64,000 nucleotides of DNA from an uncultured bacterium. Lineage in GTDB: Bacteria > Omnitrophota > Gorgyraeia > Duberdicusellales > CBEUCJ01. Each line of letters starts with the position of its first letter. The stretch's first letter is position 1. Shown piece by piece: positions 50,601 through 58,760 of the stretch. The stretch spans positions 129,941 to 193,940 of the forward strand of contig CBEUCJ010000003.1 of the NCBI GenBank assembly GCA_965541615.1, written 5' to 3'. The translations under genes were made by a program, and so were the position numbers. The notes below the pieces were generated by a model, which worked only from the letters and a program-made list of their open reading frames with translations, did not search any database and had not been told where the DNA came from.

Positions 50601-50878
50601 TAGATTAACTTATTTTTGGTAAATTTCAAAAAAGTTCTAAAACCTTTTAGCCCTACATTCATAAAAGCTTTATCAGCTGGGTCAAATTCTAAGAGAGGAT
50701 TATTTTTACTCTCAACCCCAAAACTCGTTATACATTGATACCTATTCACATAAAATATCCACATAGGTATTCCCCAAAGACCTGCTATTCCACAGAAAAA
50801 AGAAGCAAAGGGAGAAGAAAAGTTATAATTTTCTATAACAAAAGTCCCTTCTTTTGTAAGAAAATATTTCACTTGCAT
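47612..50878 (-). CDS. large conserved hypothetical protein (1088 aa), possibly (alpha/alpha)6 glycoside hydrolase/phosphorylase-like
   Basis: Long uninterrupted ORF with normal codon usage. Weak glycosidase-like cues (NFRDLNQNRRNDLFFNP; KPGWCDALNG) but no motif I can assign to a specific family. Confidence 0.45.
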   Translation of the reverse strand: MQVKYFLTKEGTFVIENYNFSSPFASFFCGIAGLWGIPMWIFYVNRYQCITSFGVESKNNPLLEFDPADKAFMNVGLKGFRTFLKFTKNKLIYEPFRPQTSQKIFQRMLIDSHKLTLEEINKDLNIIFKVKYFLLPSEKYASLVRILEIINLGTPSKIQLIDGLPVFLCSGVDNKLLKFLSYTVRSWMQTESLEGKINFYRVRASIKDTPQVFKIKEANFFTSFTYKKESIQFLKILVDPNKLFGQITDFSFPYLLHEDFEFPQTQLTESQNLSAFGFWEGVLETKRELRIISLYGYVKDKSLYKYILDKISNPEYIKEKEKQAFSIIESIKNCAFTVSNIPEFDFYIQQSFLDNSLRGGIPYILEGKNKKIDIFVFSRKHGDLERDYNNFKITPTFFSQGEGNFRDLNQNRRNDLFFNPQVFSSNVSLFFNLIQPDGFNPLLIKVDDFYIKDSDKLTEFIEKITRDPELKEELRKVLSGRFHLGELLTYLSLKEEKLNMDLKSLLRELVDIAEKEEIAKHKEGFWIDHFSYNLDLLENFLSIYPDKLKYILLEKKDFYFYDTLAYVVPRDEKYVLAEGTPQQLFSVAKIEEKRELLYSRKKDIHKVRLDKGKGEVFYTNLLIKILVIILNKISSFDPFGRGIEMEADKPGWCDALNGLPALFGSSVSEVFELKRLIEFLLDSLKKIELDNEYEEKVPLEIFEFFHNLKELLKEYLESDSSEKDLLWYKKSTSLKEIFRERVKFGFSSQIKSISIKEILDFLEKAKCRVAISIQKNFDPASKLYYSYFINKPVEFKKTQKKNRFGYETVEIERFEQIPLPLFLEPQVHAMKVCDRKTAKELYQKIKESPLYDEKLKMFKICENLEKMPLEIGRIRAFSRGWLENESIWLHMEYKFLLELLKKGLYEEFFTELKNTFVCFQSPYLYKRNILENSSFIVSSAFPDESFHGKGFIARLTGANAEVLSIWTIMCAGLNPFYIENNQLIFKLSPILKSEFFTRKSQERIFYGSSGEVEKVVIPEKSFAFKFLGKILVIYKNEDLKDTFLTKVKKYILEYEDKKVVEILRDCILQPYSLEIREGKVKKIIAVLE

Positions 50879-50961
50879 TGAAAAAAAATTTTGAGATTTA
50901 GAGATACAGTTATTTTAGGAAATTATACCATTCTTTTAAAGAAAATCTACAAAATAAATAT

Positions 50962-51002
50962 TTAAAAAACCCTACTTTCTGCCCTGAAGACAGAAAGTAG
51001 GG
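50962..51002 (-). terminator. Rho-independent terminator downstream of the ECF sigma / anti-sigma / LTXXQ operon
   Basis: Perfect 12-bp inverted repeat CCCTACTTTCTG / CAGAAAGTAGGG (50970-50981 and 50991-51002) with a 9-nt loop. On the minus strand it is followed by TTTTTTAA, and it lies 27 nt after the LTXXQ gene stop. Confidence 0.65.
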
Positions 51003-51028
51003 TGGTAAAGTTTTAGTCTTCAAAAATA

Positions 51029-51433
51029 TTATTTATTTTTAAGTTTTTTAAGCTTTTCTTTCTGTTCTTCTGTCAGTAAAGAATAAATTTTTTCCTGAAG
51101 TTCTTTTTTGATATTGTGCACTTTTTCTCTTGCTTCTTTAAAGACTTCTTTTATCTTCTCCTTAGATACTTTCAAAAGCTCTTTTACCTCTTCTTTCTGT
51201 TGTGGAGTCAATTCCAATTTTTTCAAAGCTCTTTCTAATAATAGCAAATGTCTTCTGCCTCCAAGTTGAAAAGTTCCTCTTTTTAAATGTGAAACCTTTG
51301 CAGGTAAGATACTCTTTCTAATATTTTCTATCTTATGTTTAAATATCTGCTGCTGAATACTCATACCTGCGATTACGCCTAACAAGGTAAATATACCTAC
51401 CAAACAGCCTACTAAAATCACCTCTTTTTTCAT
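51029..51433 (-). CDS. periplasmic LTXXQ-motif protein (Spy/CpxP/ZraP-like)
   Basis: Signal/TM anchor then two LTxxQ repeats (LELTPQQKEEVKEL; LLTEEQKEKLKKL), K/E-rich helices. Confidence 0.6.
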   Translation of the reverse strand: MKKEVILVGCLVGIFTLLGVIAGMSIQQQIFKHKIENIRKSILPAKVSHLKRGTFQLGGRRHLLLLERALKKLELTPQQKEEVKELLKVSKEKIKEVFKEAREKVHNIKKELQEKIYSLLTEEQKEKLKKLKNK

Positions 51434-51825
51434 AATTCACCTCCTGTTAACAAGAATTCTAAAAAATCTAAATTATCTATTAAAAATAAGGGATCGATTT
51501 TAAAAAAACTCAAAAACAAGCTAATTTTTAAGAACAACAAAAACACTAAACTCCAAAATACACCCAAAATTATCTTAAACTCTAAACCATACAAAGACTC
51601 TTTGGTCTTTTGAAATAAAGCCTTAAAAAGTTTTGTATCAAAATCTTGTGAAACAGAAGGAAACTCTAAGTTATTTAAAAGAAACTTTTCTTTTTTTATC
51701 TCTTCAAGATATTCTCTACAGAACTTACAAACTTTAAGATGCTCTCTGAGCAGATACTCTTTTTTACTATCTAACTCTTTATCCAAATATAAGTTTATTA
51801 AAAATAAATACTTCTTATGTCTCAT
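51430..51825 (-). CDS. zf-HC2 anti-sigma factor (membrane-anchored)
   Basis: LDKELDSKKEYLLREHLKVCKFCREYLEE matches the zf-HC2 H..C..C pattern, with a C-terminal TM segment; translationally coupled to the ECF sigma gene. Confidence 0.6.
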   Translation of the reverse strand: MRHKKYLFLINLYLDKELDSKKEYLLREHLKVCKFCREYLEEIKKEKFLLNNLEFPSVSQDFDTKLFKALFQKTKESLYGLEFKIILGVFWSLVFLLFLKISLFLSFFKIDPLFLIDNLDFLEFLLTGGEL

Positions 51826-52274
51826 TTTAATAACCTCCTTAAAATATTACGAGCTTTAAATACATAAGTCTGAACAGTTCCTACCTTCATATTTAAAACT
51901 TTTGATATCTCTTTGTAAGAGAGATTCTGAATATCTTTTAAAATCAAAACATCTCTCAATTTTTTGGGGAGGATATTCAATTTTTCTAAGACTTCTCCAG
52001 AATCTGAAGATTTTGAACTTTGCACCTGTTGGGCTTTTTGATGTAATAAACTCAGCCTTTTCTTTTTTCTTAAGAAATCGTAGATCTTTGACCTGCATAA
52101 TTTAATCAGATAATATTTTAGTTTTTCAGGCTCTTTTATCTTAGATAAATTTACATATAGTTTTAAAAAGACTTCTTGTAAAATATCTTCTGAATCTTCT
52201 CTATTTTGAATATAAGAGTAAATCATTTTAAATAGATAATTTTTATATTCATTTAAAATCTCTTCAAATTCCAT
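51822..52274 (-). CDS. ECF-subfamily RNA polymerase sigma-70 factor
   Basis: Region 2 (EDILQEVFLKLY) and region 4 HTH (LSYKEISKVLNMKVGTVQTYVFKARNILR); 150 aa. Confidence 0.85.
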   Translation of the reverse strand: MEFEEILNEYKNYLFKMIYSYIQNREDSEDILQEVFLKLYVNLSKIKEPEKLKYYLIKLCRSKIYDFLRKKKRLSLLHQKAQQVQSSKSSDSGEVLEKLNILPKKLRDVLILKDIQNLSYKEISKVLNMKVGTVQTYVFKARNILRRLLK

Positions 52275-52312
52275 TCCCTATTAATAAGACGTTTTTTGCT
52301 AAAGATTTGTTT
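52275..52312 (-). promoter_or_regulatory. candidate ECF-type (AAC-N17-CGTC) autoregulated promoter upstream of the ECF sigma gene
   Basis: The minus-strand sequence aaACaaatctttagcaaaaaaCGTCTtattaataggga-ATG has an AAC and a CGTC element spaced 17 nt apart, as in ECF sigma-dependent promoters. The -35 is degenerate, so this is a weak call. Confidence 0.25.
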
Positions 52313-53404
52313 TTATTTTTGATAAAAATTATAGAGCCTTCTTAAAGCTTTTAATTTGTCTGTATAACCTAACTTAGCTTTCTTAATGGCAGTCTCTAAG
52401 ATGTTTATTGAAGTTTGATATAAGGACTTATCTATTGGATAAGGGGTCTTATCCTTTCCACCATGAGCAAAGCTAAATTTAGCAGGATCTTTAAAACTTA
52501 GAGGAGTTCCATATATGATTTCAGAGACTAAAGCTAAAGCTCTCAAAGTTTTGGGACCTACTCTTTCTTTTGAGATTAGTTCTTCAAAATCTTTAGGAGG
52601 AGATAAATAGGTCTTTAATAAAATCTTCTCTAAATTTTTTGGATTTATGTCTTCTAAAAGAATCTTGTGTCTGGAAGGTAATTTCATCTCTTTTAGCCTT
52701 TCTATCTCTTTTATAGTTTTAAAAGGATTCTTTGCTGATATCTGAGGTAAAGTTTTACGAAGTTCTTCACATTCTGAAGCTACAAGATTTAAACCTTTTG
52801 CAGTTTTATCAGTAATTATACCTGCATGAGGCTCACAGACAAAAGACTCCAGATTCAATGAGATCCAGTGGTATCTTCTTGCAAAGTTTTCTTTGTCCAT
52901 ACCCTGTTGAATTACACACCATTTTTTATCTTCTGTGAATATAAAAGTATGGTGATATAGAGTGTAGCCATCTTGCAGACAACTATTGTCTATTTTAGCA
53001 GTTATCTTTGAAGCATAAATTAAGTCTTGTGCTTCTATTCCTAATTTTTGAGAGATTAAATCTATTTCTTGAGGAGTTTTAAGAGAAGTTTTGCCTTTTC
53101 CTCCACACACATAAATCTTTAGTTCACCTGACAATTCTTTTAAAGCTTCTTTCAAAGCTCCACATACAGTAGTAGTCAAACCTGAAGAATGCCAGTCAAA
53201 TCCCAAAACACATCCAAAACTTTGGAACCACCAAGGATCTGACAATCTTTTTAACAGTTCTTCTTTGCCAAATTCTATGACTATAATGTAAACTATCTTT
53301 TGAGCTAATTCTTTCATCTTTTCAAATAACCAAGAAGGTACCTTTCCTGTATGGAGAGGAAGGTTTACTATACCTTTTCTAATCATCTTTAAATAATTTA
53401 TCAC
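52313..53404 (-). CDS. conserved hypothetical protein, DUF763-like
   Basis: LPLHTGKVPSWLF...RLSDPWWFQSFGCVLGFDWHSSGLTTTV resembles the conserved N-terminal block of the DUF763 family, by recollection only. Confidence 0.35.
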   Translation of the reverse strand: MINYLKMIRKGIVNLPLHTGKVPSWLFEKMKELAQKIVYIIVIEFGKEELLKRLSDPWWFQSFGCVLGFDWHSSGLTTTVCGALKEALKELSGELKIYVCGGKGKTSLKTPQEIDLISQKLGIEAQDLIYASKITAKIDNSCLQDGYTLYHHTFIFTEDKKWCVIQQGMDKENFARRYHWISLNLESFVCEPHAGIITDKTAKGLNLVASECEELRKTLPQISAKNPFKTIKEIERLKEMKLPSRHKILLEDINPKNLEKILLKTYLSPPKDFEELISKERVGPKTLRALALVSEIIYGTPLSFKDPAKFSFAHGGKDKTPYPIDKSLYQTSINILETAIKKAKLGYTDKLKALRRLYNFYQK

Positions 53405-53452
53405 AAAAAGTCTTTGTCAAACAAAAAAAATTAAATAAAATTATTTAAGACC

Positions 53453-54211
53453 ATGATAAAAAAAGGAGATTTAGTAATATTATTTTCAGAAAGAAGAAAC
53501 TATTTAGTAGAAGTAACTGACAAACTCTTTCACACAGATAAAGGTTACATAGATCTAAAAGAGTTAGAACAAAAAAATTGGGGAGAAAAGATTTTAACTA
53601 ATAAAGGAGAAGTCTTTTACATTCTTAAACCTACTCTTGAAGATTTAATAATGAAAGGAGTAAAGAGATTTACTCAAATAATTTATCCTAAAGATGCAGG
53701 TTTAATTATAGTTAAATCAGGAATAAACAGTGAAAGTAAAGTTATAGAGGTAGGAACAGGAGCAGGAGCTTTTACTATAGCTCTGGCAAATTTTTTAAAA
53801 CCTAAAGGAAAGCTAATAAGCTATGAAAAAAGAAAAGAGTTTTATGAGTTAGCTAAAAAAAATTTAAAAAAAGCTGGTGTCTTAAATTTTGTGAAATTGA
53901 AAAACAAAGAGGTAAAAGATAGATTCGATGAAAAAAATGTAGATTTTATATTCTTGGATTTACCTACTCCCTGGGAATTAATAGAAGCAGTTTACAAAGC
54001 TTTAAAACCTGGTTTTAGATGTGCTAGTATTTTACCTACTGTAAATCAAACTGAAAAATTTGTAATAAGTTTAAAAGAAAAAGGATTTGTAAATATTGAG
54101 ACTATAGAAGTTTTGGTAAGAAGAATTTTAGTAAGAGAAGGTAAAACCCGCCCAGAACAACAGATGCCTTCTCATACAGGTTACTTAATATTTGCTACTA
54201 AAACTATCTAA
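53453..54211 (+). CDS. tRNA (adenine-N1)-methyltransferase TrmI (GCD14 family)
   Basis: N-terminal beta-domain (GDLVILFSERRNYLV) then a SAM motif (VIEVGTGAGAFTIALA). Confidence 0.65.
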   Translation: MIKKGDLVILFSERRNYLVEVTDKLFHTDKGYIDLKELEQKNWGEKILTNKGEVFYILKPTLEDLIMKGVKRFTQIIYPKDAGLIIVKSGINSESKVIEVGTGAGAFTIALANFLKPKGKLISYEKRKEFYELAKKNLKKAGVLNFVKLKNKEVKDRFDEKNVDFIFLDLPTPWELIEAVYKALKPGFRCASILPTVNQTEKFVISLKEKGFVNIETIEVLVRRILVREGKTRPEQQMPSHTGYLIFATKTI

Positions 54212-54996
54212 AATTTTTCTGCTAACTTTTCAAAAAATTTTTGTGCTCTTTCTCTGATAACTAAATCTGCGATCTTTTCAAAACCAGGTTCTGGATTTAT
54301 CTCAATTACAAAACTGCCATTCTTCTTGGCGTAATAAGGGAACTCTGCTACTGGAAAGACTACTCCAGAAGTTCCAATCACTAAAAGTGTTTTTGCACTC
54401 TTTAACCAGCTTAAAGCGGTCTCTAACTCTTTTTGAGGAAGACTTTCTCCAAAAAAGACTACGTTTGGTCTTAACCTATATTTACACTTTTTGCATCTCC
54501 CCACGAATCTCATAAATTCATTTATCAGTTTAAATCTTTTGCTCTTAACCTTTTTTATTTTCTCTAAAAACTCTTCTATTTGTTCTTTGTTCTTTTTTTC
54601 TTTATAGCCACACCTTACACACAAGAATTCAAAAGCATTTCCATGGACTTGGCAGACTTTTTTTGAGCCAGCTTTCTGATGGAGATCATCTATATTCTGA
54701 GTTATTATCCCTTCAATAAGACCTTTTTTCTCTAACTCACTTATAAATATATGAGCAAAATTTGGCTTTGAATTTAATAATACTCTGTAAAAATCTGAGA
54801 CAAAGTCAACTATTTTTTGAGGAGATTTTAAAAAAGTAAATAAAGTTTGAGGCATAGTAGCATAAATTTGAGGATCATATTTTTCCCATAAACCTCCTTT
54901 CCCTCTGAATGTTGGGATCCCAGATTCCTGTGAGATACCTGCTCCTGTTAACACACAGACTTTACCTTTTTTTAATCTATCGATTATTTCTTTCAT
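54208..54996 (-). CDS. NAD-dependent protein deacylase (Sir2/CobB family)
   Basis: GAGISQESGIPTFRG NAD-binding motif and a Cys4 zinc ribbon (C.RC ... C.KC). Confidence 0.85.
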   Translation of the reverse strand: MKEIIDRLKKGKVCVLTGAGISQESGIPTFRGKGGLWEKYDPQIYATMPQTLFTFLKSPQKIVDFVSDFYRVLLNSKPNFAHIFISELEKKGLIEGIITQNIDDLHQKAGSKKVCQVHGNAFEFLCVRCGYKEKKNKEQIEEFLEKIKKVKSKRFKLINEFMRFVGRCKKCKYRLRPNVVFFGESLPQKELETALSWLKSAKTLLVIGTSGVVFPVAEFPYYAKKNGSFVIEINPEPGFEKIADLVIRERAQKFFEKLAEKF

Positions 54997-55664
54997 ACTC
55001 TAATTATAAAACTTAACATTCTTTTTTTAACATCTCCTCTTCTATAAGAAAAAAATAGATCTTCTCTACAGAATGTACAGAGCTTAGAGTCAATTATATT
55101 TTTTAAACTTACCTTGTTCTTTGTAAGTTCAGATATTATAAATTTAGGTAGACTCAAATAAAGGTTTTTATTTCTTTTATCTATAAAGTCTTTAAAAAAA
55201 TCATAAAACTCTTTTCCTACTCTATAACAGCATTCTCTGATTCCAGGTCCTATAAAAAATTGGGTCTTGTTTGCTCTTATATATTTAAACAAATTCTTAA
55301 TTATCCCCTTTTTTAAAGATCTCCATCCACAATGAATTATACCTACTGTATTTTTATTCCAAAAAAATAAAGGAAAGCAATCTGCAGTTTTTACAGTTAA
55401 CAAAAGATTCTTTTCAAAAGTATACAGAGCATCAGTTTTGAGAATTTCATAAGAACCTTTAGATACATAACTTATTCTGTCAGAATGCTCTTGTATAGGT
55501 TCAAAGATTTTGGATGGATTTATTCTGATATCTTTAAGTAACTTTCTAAAATTTCTTTCTCTCTCAGAATTATAAAAAGAAAAATCTATAGGTTTTACAG
55601 TGAACCCAAATTTAACATTGCCTTCTTCTATAAGAAATGTATTTAAAAGCCTAATTACTTTCAA
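54993..55664 (-). CDS. YfiH/PgeF family (DUF152) purine nucleoside phosphorylase / peptidoglycan editing factor
   Basis: TADCFPLFF ... IIHCGWRSLKKGI matches the conserved DUF152 catalytic core. Confidence 0.7.
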   Translation of the reverse strand: MKVIRLLNTFLIEEGNVKFGFTVKPIDFSFYNSERERNFRKLLKDIRINPSKIFEPIQEHSDRISYVSKGSYEILKTDALYTFEKNLLLTVKTADCFPLFFWNKNTVGIIHCGWRSLKKGIIKNLFKYIRANKTQFFIGPGIRECCYRVGKEFYDFFKDFIDKRNKNLYLSLPKFIISELTKNKVSLKNIIDSKLCTFCREDLFFSYRRGDVKKRMLSFIIRV

Positions 55665-55879
55665 AGAATCTCTATAAGTTTTTGTCTTGAATGAAGACCT
55701 TTTAGAATCTTTATATTGCTCTTTTTTACATTTAAAAATTCTGAGAGGACTTCTAAAAGTTGTTCGTTTGCTTTATTATCTTGGGGTTTTTGAGTAAGAT
55801 AGACTTTAAATTCATCAGAATTTAATCTTTCTATTCTTACTTTTTTAGAATTAGGAATAACTTTTATCTTTATCTTCAT
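55661..55879 (-). CDS. DUF167 (YggU-like) family protein
   Basis: 72 aa; the KANEQLLEVLSEFLNV...I.ILKG.HSRQK pattern is typical of UPF0235/DUF167. Confidence 0.5.
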   Translation of the reverse strand: MKIKIKVIPNSKKVRIERLNSDEFKVYLTQKPQDNKANEQLLEVLSEFLNVKKSNIKILKGLHSRQKLIEIL

Positions 55880-56894
55880 CTTTTAAAGAGATCTTTTTTA
55901 AATATTGAATGTTTCTTAACATTTCTCCTAATATATTTCTATAATCTGAGCAAACATTCTCTAACATTACTTTAGATTTTACAAGTCTATTTTCTAATAT
56001 CTCTAAAAGTAGCTTGAGATCGGATTCCATCTTTTGAAGATAACTTCTTAAATCAACTAAATCTATAGAGTAAGCATTCTCCAAATAGAGTTTATAAAGA
56101 GCTAACACAAAAGGAGTCCCCAAACTATAAGGTATCAACAATACATTCTGTTTTTGAGCTTCTAAATGAGCTTTTTTACACAAAAAATATACACTGTCTG
56201 GCAAAGCTACTATAACTTGGTTGGCTGTTAAAGCTGGATCTATGTATTGAGCTGCTTCCTTAACCTTCTTTATCACATTCTCTTCTATTTTTCTCAAGAT
56301 CTCTTCTTTACTTTCGTTATCAGTTTCAGAATTTAACCTTTCTAAAAGTTCATAAGCTGGCCATTTAGAATCTATAGCTATCCTTTTCTTGTTAGGCAAA
56401 ATCAAAGCATATTCAACAGTCTTGCCTTTAACTTTAAAATCGTACTCGATTAAATCAGCAGTCTTTAATTGGCTAAAAGCTTCTTTCAAAATATTTTCTC
56501 CTGCTAAACCCCTTTTTCTTGCACCAATAAGAGATTCATAAATCTTTTTTGTTAGTTCTTCAATCTCTTCTTTCTTTTTTTCTCTTTCTTCAAAGACAGT
56601 TTTGAAATTTTCTATAATTTTTTGAGTCTTAAGGAGGTCTTTTAAGAGCTCTTCTTTTAATTTAAAAGAATCCTCTTTCAAACCAGATTGAAGTTCTTTG
56701 ACTTGCAAAGAAACTCTGTGTAAATCTTCTTTAAAAGCATCCTGTTGAGTCAATATCCTTTTTATCTCTGATTGAGTCTGAGTTAAAATCTTTATTTGTT
56801 CTAAGAAATCTTTATTAAAGGAGTATTTTTTAAAAAGGAAGAGCAATATTATAAGAAAAGATAGAAAAAATAATAAAAAAATATATTCATTCAA
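55851..56894 (-). CDS. DNA recombination protein RmuC
   Basis: N-terminal TM, long coiled coil, then an RmuC-type nuclease-like core (ILPNKKRIAIDSKWP...VIVALPDSVYF). Confidence 0.7.
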   Translation of the reverse strand: MNEYIFLLFFLSFLIILLFLFKKYSFNKDFLEQIKILTQTQSEIKRILTQQDAFKEDLHRVSLQVKELQSGLKEDSFKLKEELLKDLLKTQKIIENFKTVFEEREKKKEEIEELTKKIYESLIGARKRGLAGENILKEAFSQLKTADLIEYDFKVKGKTVEYALILPNKKRIAIDSKWPAYELLERLNSETDNESKEEILRKIEENVIKKVKEAAQYIDPALTANQVIVALPDSVYFLCKKAHLEAQKQNVLLIPYSLGTPFVLALYKLYLENAYSIDLVDLRSYLQKMESDLKLLLEILENRLVKSKVMLENVCSDYRNILGEMLRNIQYLKKISLKDEDKDKSYS

Positions 56895-56897
56895 TTT

Positions 56898-57131
56898 TTA
56901 AAGAGAAACTTTAATTAAAGTTTCAGTATTTGCCACTCCTTCTATCTTTCTAATCTTACTGCATACAAACTTTGCTAATTCTTCAATACTTTCAGATTCT
57001 ACTTCTACTATAGCATCCCAAGAACCAAATACTCCATCCACAGACTTTACTCCTTTAAGTTTAGAGATCCTTGAAAGAGCTTGCTTTTCTTCACCTGCTA
57101 CTAATTGGACTAACACCACTGCTTTTACCAT
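56898..57131 (-). CDS. stand-alone Lrp/AsnC C-terminal (RAM) ligand-binding domain protein
   Basis: 77 aa; VVLVQL...V.GV.GSWD.IVEVE fits the AsnC_trans_reg pattern, with no HTH. Strong AGGAGGTG Shine-Dalgarno upstream. Confidence 0.5.
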   Translation of the reverse strand: MVKAVVLVQLVAGEEKQALSRISKLKGVKSVDGVFGSWDAIVEVESESIEELAKFVCSKIRKIEGVANTETLIKVSL

Positions 57132-57210
57132 TTTTACACCTCCTTTTAAAAATCAAACTAATATTTATTTTCCAAAAAATTAAAGATTTATCAAGATATA
57201 TTTATTCATA

Positions 57211-57954
57211 TTAAGTTAAAAATCTTTCTCTTATGTTTCTCAATGCTTTGAATATGTTTATCTTTACATTACTGTGGTCTTTTGATAAAGAATTTATAAA
57301 ATTTTTTATCAAATTTCTTTTAGAATCAAATTTCACAGGACATTTAATATCGTAATCTGGAAAATTTAAAGATTTAGAGAGCTTTTGAATGTCTTTTTCT
57401 TCAATATAACAGAGAGGTCTTATTACTATTAACCTACCTCCAAAAAATTCTAAATAAGGAGGTGATGAAGATATTTCTCCATGAAAGATTAAGTTTAATA
57501 AGATGCTTTGAGCAATATCATCTAAGTGATGACCTAAAGCTAATTTTTTACAATTCAATTCTTTAGCTGTCTGAAAAAGAACTTTTCTTCTGTTCCATGA
57601 ACACCAAAAACACTTTATTTTTTTCATATCTTTATTATCTATTAACTCCAAATCTTTTATTACGTATTTAAAATGGTATCTTTCAAAATACTCTTTCATT
57701 TTTTCTTTAAATTCATCAGGTCTATTATAATGCACATAACAGGCTATTATTTCATATTTTACAGGCGAAATTTTTCTTCTAAAATCTAATAGATGTAATA
57801 AAGAAAAACTATCTTTTCCTCCTGAAACTGCTACTAAGATCCTGTCTCCTTCTTCTATCATGTTATAATCTGTGATGGCTTTACCTACTTTTTTAATCAA
57901 AGACCAGAATTCTGAGTAAAGTAACCTATCTCTTAACAAGATATCTTTATTCAT
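57211..57954 (-). CDS. PP-loop ATP pyrophosphatase, TtcA-like tRNA thiolation protein
   Basis: PP-loop VAVSGGKDS and a C.WC...RR motif as in TtcA-family enzymes. Confidence 0.6.
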   Translation of the reverse strand: MNKDILLRDRLLYSEFWSLIKKVGKAITDYNMIEEGDRILVAVSGGKDSFSLLHLLDFRRKISPVKYEIIACYVHYNRPDEFKEKMKEYFERYHFKYVIKDLELIDNKDMKKIKCFWCSWNRRKVLFQTAKELNCKKLALGHHLDDIAQSILLNLIFHGEISSSPPYLEFFGGRLIVIRPLCYIEEKDIQKLSKSLNFPDYDIKCPVKFDSKRNLIKNFINSLSKDHSNVKINIFKALRNIRERFLT

Positions 57955-58760
57955 TGTAGTTTTATCTTAATTAAATCTCCTAATTTTGCTTTAAAATACT
58001 CTTTTGCTGAGAATTTACTTAAAGCTACTTCAAGAGTTTTAAAGCTTCCTCTTATAAAAAATGGCTTATTTTTAATAGAAAGATAGTTTGTGGAGTACTC
58101 AGTTATTCTTTTTTTATTTAGAAAAGCTGAAAATTTTTTATTATTAACGAATGAAAGAAAAAATTTTTCATCTAAGTTAGTTACCAAATTCCCAAAATTA
58201 TCTATATGCATTATCTGAGCAAAAAGGGTGTTGTTTTTTATAAAAGGTTTTGGTAAATGTAAAGGAACTATTTCTTTTATATTTAAAACTCCTCCTAATT
58301 TTTCCATTTTGAGATCTTTTAAAAAATGAGAAAGTGTCGGAGCAAATATATCTCTTGCATGAAAAGTAAATGAAACTTCTTTTAAAAAATACTTTTTATT
58401 TTTTACCTCTACTATTTTTTCTACTCCATCTTTAATTATAGTCTCATAAATAAGACCGTTATCAGGAGCTAAGAAATAGTAATTTTTCGTCTTTACTAAA
58501 ATTATCTTTCTGTCAGTGCCAACCCCAGGATCTACTACTGTCAAGAATACTGTGTTTTTGGGAAAAAATTCATAGGTATTTTTTAATATAAAACTTGCTT
58601 CTAAAATATTGTGAGGGGAAATCTGGTGAGTTAAATCTATTATCTGAACATCTTTATAAATAGAAAGAATTACTCCTTTAACCTCAGCTACATATACAGA
58701 ATTTGAACCAAAATCAGACAGAAAGCAAATTATTCTTTTAGAGTTAGGTGATTTTGCCAT
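57951..58760 (-). CDS. SAM hydroxide adenosyltransferase family protein (DUF62, fluorinase/chlorinase-like)
   Basis: IICFLSDFGSNSVYVAEVKGVI ... VVDPGVGTDRK ... APDNGL conserved blocks of the DUF62 family. Confidence 0.7.
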   Translation of the reverse strand: MAKSPNSKRIICFLSDFGSNSVYVAEVKGVILSIYKDVQIIDLTHQISPHNILEASFILKNTYEFFPKNTVFLTVVDPGVGTDRKIILVKTKNYYFLAPDNGLIYETIIKDGVEKIVEVKNKKYFLKEVSFTFHARDIFAPTLSHFLKDLKMEKLGGVLNIKEIVPLHLPKPFIKNNTLFAQIMHIDNFGNLVTNLDEKFFLSFVNNKKFSAFLNKKRITEYSTNYLSIKNKPFFIRGSFKTLEVALSKFSAKEYFKAKLGDLIKIKLQ

